From a virus, in IMG/VR virus record IMGVR_UViG_3300020183_000013, positions 1-64,000 of that record: a DNA stretch of 64,000 nt. One strand, written 5' to 3'. Shown here in pieces: positions 40,558 through 50,182 of the stretch (its first letter is position 1; each line of letters begins with the position of its first letter). The notes beneath the pieces are model-generated. The model made no database searches. It was not told the DNA's origin and worked only from the letters and a program-made list of their open reading frames with translations. The position numbers were made by a program, and so were the translations under genes.

Positions 40558-40893
40558 ATGGCTGTCGCTGAAATTACCAATATAATTATTGAAAAGGGCA
40601 CAGATTTTGAGGTGACTTTCAATCTTTTTGAATCAGACAGTTCTGCTGCTGTTTTGAGTCAACTTGGAACGACTTATGCATCAATTCGTAAGCATCCAAC
40701 AGCAACTAGTTCCGTAGAGTTTTCAAAAACAATCACTGCAGGAACAGGAACAATTAAATTAACCTTAACCGCCGAACAAACTGCAACTTTAAAAGCGGGA
40801 AGAAATTACTTTGATGTTGTATTAACGGTTGCAACTAAGAAGACAAAAGTCATTAAAGGAACAGCAATGGTAGAGGAGAGTGTTTCTGTATGA
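40558..40893 (+). CDS. Fibre collar/attachment beta-sandwich protein (T5 p132/LtfC-like)
   Basis: I.I.KG.DF..TF..GTI.L.LT.EQT..L..G..YFDV pattern. Confidence 0.5.
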   Translation: MAVAEITNIIIEKGTDFEVTFNLFESDSSAAVLSQLGTTYASIRKHPTATSSVEFSKTITAGTGTIKLTLTAEQTATLKAGRNYFDVVLTVATKKTKVIKGTAMVEESVSV

Positions 40894-41228
40894 CATATAA
40901 AGTAACACTGTCTTCAGGAAATAATTTTTCAGCAAAAATTTCTCAACCCCTTAACCGAAAAGCAAATCTCTCATACAAACTTGAGATTACTCCAATGAAC
41001 CTAGACGAACTTACAGACGTAGAAATCAGTGGAGCGAATGATAAGTATGTCTTAATGTACGATGCATCATCTGGAAAATGGAAAGATGTCAATCCAGATG
41101 TAGTTCTGAATGCCGCAGCTGCAACTGAAACAACACAACCAGGACTTGTTGGTTACGCAACAGCATTCCTAGATCGTGTCGATATCGATCTCGATGACCG
41201 CATTGATCTTGATGCAGGCAGTTTTTAA
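40890..41228 (+). CDS. Fibre attachment protein
   Basis: LDELTDV..VL.YD..SGKW; ends LDAGSF like 41272 (IDAGTF). Confidence 0.5.
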   Translation: MTYKVTLSSGNNFSAKISQPLNRKANLSYKLEITPMNLDELTDVEISGANDKYVLMYDASSGKWKDVNPDVVLNAAAATETTQPGLVGYATAFLDRVDIDLDDRIDLDAGSF

Positions 41229-41271
41229 GTTTTCTAAATAATACTAAGGGAAAAACTAGTGGAGAAAGGGA

Positions 41272-43608
41272 ATGGCTGCTCCAGTACTGCAGTTTAAAAG
41301 AGGTAACGCAGGTGTAGGAGGAACTATACCAGCATTACGTCCAGGGGAACCTGGATTTTCTTTAAATAATTTTGACTTGTTTGTAGGTTTTGATACCTCA
41401 GTTTCTGGTAATAAATTCTTTGGTTCTCATCGTTATTGGTTAAGAGAAGATGGAACAACTTCCCTTCGCTTTAAGTTAGTTGATAAAGACGGTTCAAACT
41501 ACGTAGCACTTAAGTCACCTGATACTCTTGCAGGAAACGTAACTTATGTTCTGCCAGGTACACAAGGTAGTAGTCAAACTGTCCTGACTAACGACGGTAG
41601 TGGTAATCTTTCTTGGTCTAGTGGTTCCCTAAACGCAGTATTCTCTGGAATTACCACAATTGGTGGTTCTTATCTAGATGTAAATACTAACGCAGACTTT
41701 TCTGGTATTACCACATTTAGCAATACAACTGATAACACCTTAGGAGATGCTAACACAGGTGCGGTTCAGATTGATGGTGGTTTAGGAGTCAATAAGAACG
41801 TAACAGTTGGAGGAAACTTAAACGTTCAGGGATACTCTGAGTTTGTTGGTGTTGCAACATTTAAGGGTGGTACTATCAATCTTGGTGATAGTGATACTGA
41901 TGATATCAACGTCGCTGGCGAGTTTGTTTCAAACTTAATTCCAAACGCCGATAATACTTATGATATTGGTGCCAACTCAACTCCAAAGAGATGGAGACAC
42001 GCAGCATTCTCTGGAGTTGGTACATTTGCAACTGGTTTAGTTGCTGATGATGTAAGACTTGGAATTGGTGGAAATGGAGTTGTTGATACCACAACAGGAA
42101 GTCTTTATCTAGATTCTGCTGCAGGAACTACTGTAATCAATGACCACGTTGATATCATCGGTGACCTGGATGTAACTGGAAATATTTCTCTTGGTGGAAC
42201 CACTGTTACTTTACGTGGTTCTGATGTTTTCATTGAGAACAAAGATATTGTTCTTGGATATACTACATCGATTACTCCAAATGATACCACTGCAAATCAC
42301 GGTGGTGTTGCAATTGCATCTACCGAAGGGACTCCATTAGCAGACTTTAATGCTTCTGGAATCAATACACTTCCAAGCACTTATAAGCAATTAATGTGGT
42401 TCAAGAGTGGAACTCTTGGATTTGGGACTGATGCATTTGGTTTCAACTATGGCGTTGCAATCGGAACCACAACAATGGCGAATGGAGTTCGCCTTGCTGT
42501 CGGAACTGGTGTAACTGTTGGTGATACTTCTGTCAGTGCATCAACTTTCTATGGTTCATTAGTTGGTAACGTATCTTCTGCCGACCAAGTTAAGACTGTT
42601 ACTGCAAGTAATAATGCAGCAAACTATTATATAACCTTTGTTGATAGTCACAATGGCTCTGCAACCAATGAGACTGTCTATACTGATGATGGTATTTACT
42701 ACAATCCCGGTGCTAATAAACTTACTACACAACACGCAGAATTCACTGGTGATGTTTTAGTCAGTGGTATCAGCACTCTTGCTGGAAATGTAAATCTTGG
42801 AGATAGTGGTGGAGATTTAATTACGGTTGTCGGCGTAACTACCTTTACCACTTCTAATGTTTATATTGATAATAATCTTTATGTTGGTGGACTTCAAGTA
42901 ACTGGTGGTGCTTCTATTGGTGTTGATGTAACTACAAGACACATCAGTGCTAGTGGTATCGCTACAGTTTCTGGATTAATAGATGGTAATGGTGGTGCAG
43001 ATATTAGTGGTGGTGAAACGACATTATCATCTGCAACAGTTTCAGACCTAACTTCAGGTAGAGTTGTTCTTGCAGGAACTTCTGGTTCTCTTCAAGATAG
43101 CGCAAACCTAACTTTTGGTGCAAATGGACTCACTGTTGGTGCAGGTGGTGTTAACGTAACTGGCGTTTCCACTTTTGCATCCAATGTCATTACAAGTTCT
43201 GACCTTACTGTTGGTGGAAATCTTTATGTTAACGGTTCCACAACACAGGTTAACACTGCTTCACTCACAGTCGAAGATCGTACTATTGAACTTGGTGTTG
43301 TAAATGGAAGTGCTCCTGGCTCTTCAACTACTTGGGACCTTGGAGTTATCTTCAACTATAACTCATCAGGTGCTAAGAAATCTGGTGTTGTCTGGGAACA
43401 CGCAGATGGTAGATTTAAGTTTGGTTCAGAAGTCACTGCTGGTGATGGAAATGACAATAATACTCCACAAATTACATTCACTACATATGCACCAATTGAA
43501 ATCAGTTCTCTTTGGGTAACTGATTGTGCTGGAACTTCACAAGTAATTTCCTGCACAGGAACTGAGAGATTCTTGGAAAATATCACGATTGACGCAGGAA
43601 CCTTCTAA
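41272..43608 (+). CDS. Proximal tail fibre subunit
   Basis: LQFKRG..L.PGEP N-terminus; G.L.V.G.TT.VN..ED..I.LG repeats. Confidence 0.7.
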   Translation: MAAPVLQFKRGNAGVGGTIPALRPGEPGFSLNNFDLFVGFDTSVSGNKFFGSHRYWLREDGTTSLRFKLVDKDGSNYVALKSPDTLAGNVTYVLPGTQGSSQTVLTNDGSGNLSWSSGSLNAVFSGITTIGGSYLDVNTNADFSGITTFSNTTDNTLGDANTGAVQIDGGLGVNKNVTVGGNLNVQGYSEFVGVATFKGGTINLGDSDTDDINVAGEFVSNLIPNADNTYDIGANSTPKRWRHAAFSGVGTFATGLVADDVRLGIGGNGVVDTTTGSLYLDSAAGTTVINDHVDIIGDLDVTGNISLGGTTVTLRGSDVFIENKDIVLGYTTSITPNDTTANHGGVAIASTEGTPLADFNASGINTLPSTYKQLMWFKSGTLGFGTDAFGFNYGVAIGTTTMANGVRLAVGTGVTVGDTSVSASTFYGSLVGNVSSADQVKTVTASNNAANYYITFVDSHNGSATNETVYTDDGIYYNPGANKLTTQHAEFTGDVLVSGISTLAGNVNLGDSGGDLITVVGVTTFTTSNVYIDNNLYVGGLQVTGGASIGVDVTTRHISASGIATVSGLIDGNGGADISGGETTLSSATVSDLTSGRVVLAGTSGSLQDSANLTFGANGLTVGAGGVNVTGVSTFASNVITSSDLTVGGNLYVNGSTTQVNTASLTVEDRTIELGVVNGSAPGSSTTWDLGVIFNYNSSGAKKSGVVWEHADGRFKFGSEVTAGDGNDNNTPQITFTTYAPIEISSLWVTDCAGTSQVISCTGTERFLENITIDAGTF

Positions 43609-43629
43609 GTTTCGTATTAATTTCTAAAT

Positions 43630-43655
43630 AGGAGGAGTTATCTCCTCCTTTTTTT
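43630..43655 (+). terminator. Rho-independent terminator
   Basis: AGGAGGAG-TTAT-CTCCTCCT followed by a T run. Confidence 0.75.
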
Positions 43656-43847
43656 ATGTCTGAAGACGATTTGAAATCTGTTCTTGCAAAATATCAACAG
43701 AAAGCATTTGAACTATACAATACAAATATTGTACTAGAAACACAGGTTGAAAAATTAAGTTCAACTGTAAAATCTTTAAGTGATGAATTGGAAAAATTAA
43801 AGACAAAATCTAAAAGACCTGAAAAACCTGAAGAAGATTTCCAATAA
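43656..43847 (+). CDS. Small coiled-coil protein (possible fibre chaperone)
   Basis: 63-aa heptad pattern between two fibre genes. Confidence 0.55.
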   Translation: MSEDDLKSVLAKYQQKAFELYNTNIVLETQVEKLSSTVKSLSDELEKLKTKSKRPEKPEEDFQ

Positions 43848-43901
43848 ATAATAAAAACTCTTATATAAGAGTTCTACGGTATATACCAAAGATGAGGTTG
43901 A

Positions 43902-46900
43902 ATGTCTGATCCAAAAGTACGGTTTAAAAGGTCATCTGTACCTGGCAAAATTCCCAATGAGACGCAAGTTCCTCTTGGGGAAATAGCTTTAAACACATAT
44001 GACGGAAAGGTATTTGCCTCTAAAAACGTTGGTATAGGAACTACAGTTTTTACCGTTAACCCTTGGAACGTAGGGACGGGAACGGATTCTTATGATATTA
44101 ACTTTACTGCTGGAAATGTAGGTGTTGGTTCCACAATTCCAACATCAAAACTTTCTGTTGTCGGTGATGGACATTTTAGTGGAGTTGTAACTGCATCTAG
44201 TTTTAATGGATATCAAACACTTTTAGGAACGGCAAGTTCTGCTACAAAAACTTTTACGGTCACAGTCGCAAATAAAACAGCGAATCATCGTTACTTTGGA
44301 TCTGGATCTTCTCAAGGATACTTTATTGACGGGGCAGAATCTCCCTTTATAACATTACTTCCAGGAAAAACCTATCGCTTTGATCAAGCAGACGGTAGTA
44401 ATAGTTCTCATCCACTTCGTTTTTACCTGGAAGCAAATAGAACAACTCAATACACTACTAATGTAACAACAAACGGAACTGCTGGTAGTGCTGGTGCATA
44501 TACTGAAATCACTATTGTAGATACCACACCGATTGTTCTACATTATCAGTGCTCTAATCATGCTGGTATGGGTAATGCAGTATCCAACGCTGCTAATTTT
44601 ATTGACACTCCCTACCAAATCACTGCTCGTAGTGGAATTAATGCAACAGGTGTTGTTACTGCAACTACATTTGTTGGTGCTCTCACTGGTAACGTTACAG
44701 GAACTGCAACCACTGCGACTAATCTTGCAGATGCTGCAAATATCACTACAGGGACCATTAATTCTGCAAGATTATCTGGAACTTATGATATTAATGTAAG
44801 TTTTGCATCAACTGCTGGTATTGCAACTGTTGCACAAGGATTAACAGGAACACCTAATATAGTTGTTGGTGTTGTCACGGCTACTTCTTTTGTTAAATCT
44901 GGTGGAACTTCAAGTCAGTTTTTAAAGGCTGATGGTTCAGTTGATACAAGCACATATTTAACATCATATTCAGAAACTGATACTTTAAACTCAGTAACAG
45001 GTAGAGGCAATAGCACCACAAATGGTATTTCTGTTGGTGTGCTCACTGCAACATCAGGTAATTTTAGTGGCATTATCACTTCATCTGGTGCTAATGTTTC
45101 TGGTGTCGTCACAGCATCTTCATTCTCTGGATCTGGTTCCCAATTAACAGGCATTGTAACTTCATTAACTGCCGGAACTGGTATTTCAATCAACCAATCT
45201 ACAGGTAATGTAACCATCACTGCAACTGGTGGTGGTGGAAGTGGTGAAGGATTTTTTGTACAAAATTCTGCTGGTATTCATACACTCTCTAATGTTGGCA
45301 TTGGAACTACAAATCCAACATCAAAACTAGATGTTACTGGTAACGTAAAAGTTTCTGGTATTGTCACGGCAACCTCATTCTCTGGTTCTGGGACTAATCT
45401 GACAGGTATTGTTACTTCCATTACTGCTGGTTCTGGTATTTCAATTGACCAATCCACAGGTAATGTAACAATTATATCAACGGGTGGTGCAGGTGCTGGA
45501 GTTTCTGCTCTAACATCAGCGGATAATTATATTATTACTCTGACTCCATCATTTAATGGAATTACAACTGCATTTACGATGCAGTACAATGGTAATAATT
45601 ACTTCCCACTGAATGAACAACAACTTTTAGTTTCTCTTGGTGGTGTTATTCAAGAACCCACAACTGCATATACAGTTAGTTCTTCAACGATTAGATTTGC
45701 AAGTGCTCCAAATACTGAAACTGATTACTTCATTACAGCACTGAATACTGCTCCACTATCGAGAAATGCACAATCTTATAATGTCACTGGAGTTCAAACA
45801 AACTTTACATTAACCAATGGATATACAATTGGATATGTTGATGTTTATTTAAATGGTGCTCGTCTAGTTTCTGGTGATGACTATACTGCAACTAACGGTA
45901 CAACAGTTGGTCTTACAAGTGCTGCACAAAATGGAGATGTTGTAGAAGTTGTTGGATATAAGGCTGTTAGTCTATCTACAGATGACTTGGTAATTAATGG
46001 AAATCTAAAAGTCACTGGTATTACCACTCTTGGGAATTATGTTCAGGTTGGAGTTGGCTCTACTGCTCTTATTGTTAATGGTGACGCAAGAGTTACTGGT
46101 ATTCTAACTGTTGGTTCTTCATCAGTTACGATTGATGGTATCAACAATAAAATTAATGTTGGCACTGGACTTACCATAACTAATGGTATTGTTGCAACTG
46201 GTGTTATCACTGCAACAAGTTTTGTTGGTGATGGCTCTGGATTAACTGGAGCAGGTTCTACAGTTGTTGATGACACAAGCACTAATCAAACTTTGTATCC
46301 AGTATTAACTGCACAAACTTCAGGAACAATTACAGCATCGAAAGTTTCGACTACTAAGTTATCGTTCAATCCTTCTACTGGTGTTATATCTGCAACAACA
46401 TTTAATGGAAATATTACTGGTACTGCAGCAACATTTACTGGAAATGTTTCTATTGCAGGAACCTTAACTTATGAAGACGTAACCAATGTTGATTCTATTG
46501 GTATTGTAACAGCTCGTTCTGGTGTTCAAGTTACTGGTGGCAATCTCTTAGTCGGTTCTACAAGTGCTACAGGAACAGCATCACAACCACTTCAAGTCAC
46601 TGGTGGTGCTTATGTGAGTGGTAGTATTGGTGTAGGAACCACAAATCCAACAGCAAAATTAGATGTATCAGGTTCCATAAGAGCATCATCACAATTAATT
46701 TCTACAGTAGCAACAGGAACTGCACCACTTACAGTTTCTTCAACGACTGTAGTAAGCAACTTAAATGCTGACTTGCTTGATGGGTATAATGTGGGAACAT
46801 CAGGCGCAACTATTCCTCTTATGAATGGTTCTAATACTTGGAGTGCTGCTCAAACTTTTACTGCAAATTTATCATTCAACACAACAGCAGCAGAAAGAGT

Positions 46901-47459
46901 TATAATTTTTAATAATGGAACAACTAATGTCTATTTTTATGGACAAACAGTTGCTGCTGGCGGAAATCAAGGTATGTATGATGGCACCAATGGGAGAGGT
47001 GTTTGGTATTATTCTCCTTCTGGAGCATCTTTTAATCCACAAATTGATACTAATGTTACTGGTGCAATTACAGCAACATCAAACATCACTGCATATTCAT
47101 CAGACCGTAGATTAAAAGAAAACTTCAAACATATTGAAACTCCATTAGATAAAATACAGAAACTGAATGGATATACTTTTGATTGGAATGAGAAATCAAA
47201 AGAACTAGGATTCACTCCAAAACACGAAACAAATGACATTGGTTTGATTGCACAAGAAGTTCAAGAAGTTCTTCCTCAAGCGGTAGCACCAGCACCATTT
47301 GACCAAGATTGGAATGGAGAACAAAATATATCAAAATCAGGAGAAAACTACCTTACTATTCAATATGAAAGATTAGTTCCACTTCTTGTCGAAGCAATCA
47401 AAGAGCAGCAAGAGCAAATAAATACACTTAAAGAAGAAATTAATAACTTGAAAAAATGA
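43902..47459 (+). CDS. Long distal tail fibre with cupredoxin-like domain, two docking-type domains and S74 chaperone
   Basis: FKRSSVPGKIP..GEIALNTYDGK start; YSSDRRLKEN..GLIAQEV..YERLVPLLVEAIKE end. Confidence 0.85.
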   Translation: MSDPKVRFKRSSVPGKIPNETQVPLGEIALNTYDGKVFASKNVGIGTTVFTVNPWNVGTGTDSYDINFTAGNVGVGSTIPTSKLSVVGDGHFSGVVTASSFNGYQTLLGTASSATKTFTVTVANKTANHRYFGSGSSQGYFIDGAESPFITLLPGKTYRFDQADGSNSSHPLRFYLEANRTTQYTTNVTTNGTAGSAGAYTEITIVDTTPIVLHYQCSNHAGMGNAVSNAANFIDTPYQITARSGINATGVVTATTFVGALTGNVTGTATTATNLADAANITTGTINSARLSGTYDINVSFASTAGIATVAQGLTGTPNIVVGVVTATSFVKSGGTSSQFLKADGSVDTSTYLTSYSETDTLNSVTGRGNSTTNGISVGVLTATSGNFSGIITSSGANVSGVVTASSFSGSGSQLTGIVTSLTAGTGISINQSTGNVTITATGGGGSGEGFFVQNSAGIHTLSNVGIGTTNPTSKLDVTGNVKVSGIVTATSFSGSGTNLTGIVTSITAGSGISIDQSTGNVTIISTGGAGAGVSALTSADNYIITLTPSFNGITTAFTMQYNGNNYFPLNEQQLLVSLGGVIQEPTTAYTVSSSTIRFASAPNTETDYFITALNTAPLSRNAQSYNVTGVQTNFTLTNGYTIGYVDVYLNGARLVSGDDYTATNGTTVGLTSAAQNGDVVEVVGYKAVSLSTDDLVINGNLKVTGITTLGNYVQVGVGSTALIVNGDARVTGILTVGSSSVTIDGINNKINVGTGLTITNGIVATGVITATSFVGDGSGLTGAGSTVVDDTSTNQTLYPVLTAQTSGTITASKVSTTKLSFNPSTGVISATTFNGNITGTAATFTGNVSIAGTLTYEDVTNVDSIGIVTARSGVQVTGGNLLVGSTSATGTASQPLQVTGGAYVSGSIGVGTTNPTAKLDVSGSIRASSQLISTVATGTAPLTVSSTTVVSNLNADLLDGYNVGTSGATIPLMNGSNTWSAAQTFTANLSFNTTAAERVIIFNNGTTNVYFYGQTVAAGGNQGMYDGTNGRGVWYYSPSGASFNPQIDTNVTGAITATSNITAYSSDRRLKENFKHIETPLDKIQKLNGYTFDWNEKSKELGFTPKHETNDIGLIAQEVQEVLPQAVAPAPFDQDWNGEQNISKSGENYLTIQYERLVPLLVEAIKEQQEQINTLKEEINNLKK

Positions 47460-47794
47460 TAAACTATACTTGGAAAATACATTCGCTTACAAAGAGAACT
47501 ATAAATACTATTGATAGTGTAGTATTCACGGTTGTATGGGAAAAATTTGGTATTGATGAGGATGGTTATACTGGTTCCGTAAAGGCAGCAGCAAACTTTA
47601 ATATCGAAGATATTGATGAGAGCTCTTTTGTACCTTATGAGCAATTAACGGAAGAAATTCTGATTAATTGGGTGAAAGATTTTATTAATGAAGATTCAGT
47701 AAATCAAGGTATTGAAGCAGAAATAGAGAAAGCAAAGTCTAATTGGATTCAAATAAATGATGGCGAGTTTCCTTGGAATGTAGTGGAGGAATAA
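47456..47794 (+). CDS. Fibre assembly chaperone-like protein
   Basis: YTW.I.SL..F(V/I)PY..L....I.W..FPW; paralog of 48822. Confidence 0.6.
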   Translation: MINYTWKIHSLTKRTINTIDSVVFTVVWEKFGIDEDGYTGSVKAAANFNIEDIDESSFVPYEQLTEEILINWVKDFINEDSVNQGIEAEIEKAKSNWIQINDGEFPWNVVEE

Positions 47795-47797
47795 TAG

Positions 47798-48775
47798 ATG
47801 GTACTTCCAACAGGTACTATTTCAATGAGCCAAGTCAATACAGAACTTGGCATCAGTCCATCAGCAACTACTATCTCGCTTAATCAAGCAAACGTAAGAG
47901 CACTGGCGGGTGTTCCTAGTGGTACTATCTCAATGGATAACTTGAGAGGTAAGAGTGCTGTACAAATATCGTACTATCCAACAGCAAACCAAGGAAATGT
48001 AACTACTGTACCTAAATCTAGTGGATTTAGTGTCAGCACTGCTGGGCAATACGTTATGACAGTTAATGCTCCATTTAGTGCCCCATTTATTATGTGGGGA
48101 GCTGGTGGATCTAGAGGTAATGATAATGTGTCTGGTGGTGGTGGAGCTGGAGGATCATCTTCAGGAACTTTAACTTTATCTCCAGGAACAAATTATGTAT
48201 TTGTTGTTGGAGGAAGTGCTGCACAAACTCAATTTGCATCACCATTTGGTTCTGGTGGTCCCGGTGGAGGTCCAGATGCCTTTGGTGGTGCTGGTGGTGG
48301 ATATACGGGATTATTTGTATCTTCAATTTCACAACCAAATGCAAGAATAATGGCAGGTGGTGGTGGGGGTGGAAACGGAACTGATGCCGGTAACCAACCA
48401 CCAACACATATCGGCGGTGCTGGAGGAGGAACTTCGGGACAATCTGCGCCTGGAAGTGGTGGTGGTGGGGGTGGACAATCAATACCAGGTTCGTTTACCG
48501 GAGGAACTGGTGTAACTAGAGGTATTAATCAAGGTTCTGGAGGCGGCGGAGGAGGAGGATTTAATGGTGGTGGCGGCGGCAACAAGGGGGGAAATGGTAC
48601 TGCAGGTCAATCTGGACGTGCCGGCGGTGGAGGTTCTGGATATATTCATCCAAGTGTTACTGGAGGCTCGACAACTGGTGGAACCGGAACAACTGCAGGA
48701 AATCCTACATCGCCATACAGAGGAACTTCTGGAAATCCCGGTACTTCGGGACTATTTGTTCTTATTGGTTCTTAA
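47798..48775 (+). CDS. gp38-like polyglycine adhesin
   Basis: MVLP..ISMSQVNTELG..VRALAG..ISM.NLRGKS N-domain plus GGGG tracts. Confidence 0.75.
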   Translation: MVLPTGTISMSQVNTELGISPSATTISLNQANVRALAGVPSGTISMDNLRGKSAVQISYYPTANQGNVTTVPKSSGFSVSTAGQYVMTVNAPFSAPFIMWGAGGSRGNDNVSGGGGAGGSSSGTLTLSPGTNYVFVVGGSAAQTQFASPFGSGGPGGGPDAFGGAGGGYTGLFVSSISQPNARIMAGGGGGGNGTDAGNQPPTHIGGAGGGTSGQSAPGSGGGGGGQSIPGSFTGGTGVTRGINQGSGGGGGGGFNGGGGGNKGGNGTAGQSGRAGGGGSGYIHPSVTGGSTTGGTGTTAGNPTSPYRGTSGNPGTSGLFVLIGS

Positions 48776-48821
48776 AAAATATTATATATTTCATTAAAAA
48801 ACATAAATACCTAAAAACATT

Positions 48822-49160
48822 ATGAAATATACTTGGAGAATACATTCTTTAACAAAAGAAACTAGAAATTCAATTGATGACGTAGTTGTTGAAGTTCTCT
48901 GGGAAAAAATTGGTGTTGATTCAATAGACTATCATAAAGGCTCGGTAAAAAGAAAAACAGAATTTACCGAAGAACAACTTAAACCAAATTCTTTTATTCC
49001 ATATTCTGATCTAAAAAAGCAGGACATAATTAATTGGATTAAATCTGTAGTAAATGAAGAGCAAATAAATAATCAAATCGAGATTGAAATTAATAAATCA
49101 AGAGTGAACCGAGTGTTGGTCAAAGAAGAAGATTTTCCCTGGAACAAGAAGGAGAAATAA
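48822..49160 (+). CDS. Fibre assembly chaperone-like protein
   Basis: Paralog of 47456. Confidence 0.6.
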   Translation: MKYTWRIHSLTKETRNSIDDVVVEVLWEKIGVDSIDYHKGSVKRKTEFTEEQLKPNSFIPYSDLKKQDIINWIKSVVNEEQINNQIEIEINKSRVNRVLVKEEDFPWNKKEK

Positions 49161-49163
49161 CAT

Positions 49164-50177
49164 ATGGTTTTACCATCAGCACCTGCTTCAATTTCAATGA
49201 GCCAGGTAAACACTGAACTTAGTAATCCTTCAACATCCACTATTTCATTAAATGATAGTGGAGTAAGAAACTTAGCAGGTTCTCCTTTTTCAACACCAGC
49301 AACGACAATCTCAATGAATGATTTGAGAGGTAAAAGTGCTGGATTAACTGCAACAGGAGGTACAACATCTACTCCTGGTGATGGCTATAGATATCATATT
49401 TTTGATACAACAGATACTTTCAGTGTTAGTTCAGCACCACCAACTCGTAATACAGTTGAGTATTTTGTGGTTGCAGGCGGTGGTGGTGGAGCAGCTGCTC
49501 CTGGTGTTGCTGCAGGTGGTGGTGGAGGTGCTGGTGGATTTAGAACTGGAACTGGATTCCCAATCACAGCAACAAACTATCCAATTACAGTAGGACCTGG
49601 TGGTGGTTCTAGTGGAAATGGAAGTCCATCAATATTCTCTACAATTACATCAACTGGTGGGGGTGCTGGTGGTTCTCCTGGTGGTTCTGGTGGTGGTGGA
49701 TTTTCCCCTGGTGGTAGTGTAGGTTCCGGAACTCCTGGACAAGGAAACGCTGGTGGAGCTCAATCAGTTCCAAACCCAAATGTAAGAAGTGGTGGAGGTG
49801 GCGGAGGTTCTGGATCTACTGGAGGTGCTGCAGGAACTACTGCTGGTAATGGAGGACCTGGCTCACCAGTAGGATGGACTGTCGGTGGAGGAACTTATTC
49901 TGGCGGTGGTGGTGGAGGTTCAATGGTGTACTTCCCATACCCACCGGGAACTTATGGGCCTGGTGGTGGTGGTCCTGGTGGTGGTGGTCCTGGAGGAAGA
50001 TATTCGTTTGCATTTCCAGGCGTTCCAGTCACAAGAACTCTTGCCGGTAATGGTACAATAAATACTGGCGGTGCTGGTGGTGGTGGAGCAAACAACCCAG
50101 GACAGGGTGGATTTACTACTATGGATGGAGGTTCTGGTGGTAGAGGAAGAGTTGGTATTCGTTACTTATACCCATAA
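49164..50177 (+). CDS. gp38-like polyglycine adhesin
   Basis: Same N-domain as 47798; TPGDGYRYH.F head as in 21091 and 31291. Confidence 0.75.
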   Translation: MVLPSAPASISMSQVNTELSNPSTSTISLNDSGVRNLAGSPFSTPATTISMNDLRGKSAGLTATGGTTSTPGDGYRYHIFDTTDTFSVSSAPPTRNTVEYFVVAGGGGGAAAPGVAAGGGGGAGGFRTGTGFPITATNYPITVGPGGGSSGNGSPSIFSTITSTGGGAGGSPGGSGGGGFSPGGSVGSGTPGQGNAGGAQSVPNPNVRSGGGGGGSGSTGGAAGTTAGNGGPGSPVGWTVGGGTYSGGGGGGSMVYFPYPPGTYGPGGGGPGGGGPGGRYSFAFPGVPVTRTLAGNGTINTGGAGGGGANNPGQGGFTTMDGGSGGRGRVGIRYLYP

Positions 50178-50182
50178 AAACA

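Larger units (their letters stand above)
24910..48817 (+). repeat. Dispersed late-promoter/leader motif TAAATAC(C/T)(T/C)AAAA, 15 copies
   Basis: Copies start at 24910, 25558, 26785, 28151, 29963, 33146, 35105, 36370, 36660, 38069, 38363, 40006, 40059, 40532, 48805. Confidence 0.85.

Noticed and set aside
14597-50177. Many short His/Pro-rich or Val/Leu-rich alternative-frame ORFs
   Set aside because: By-products of GGT/GGA/ACT-rich fibre codons
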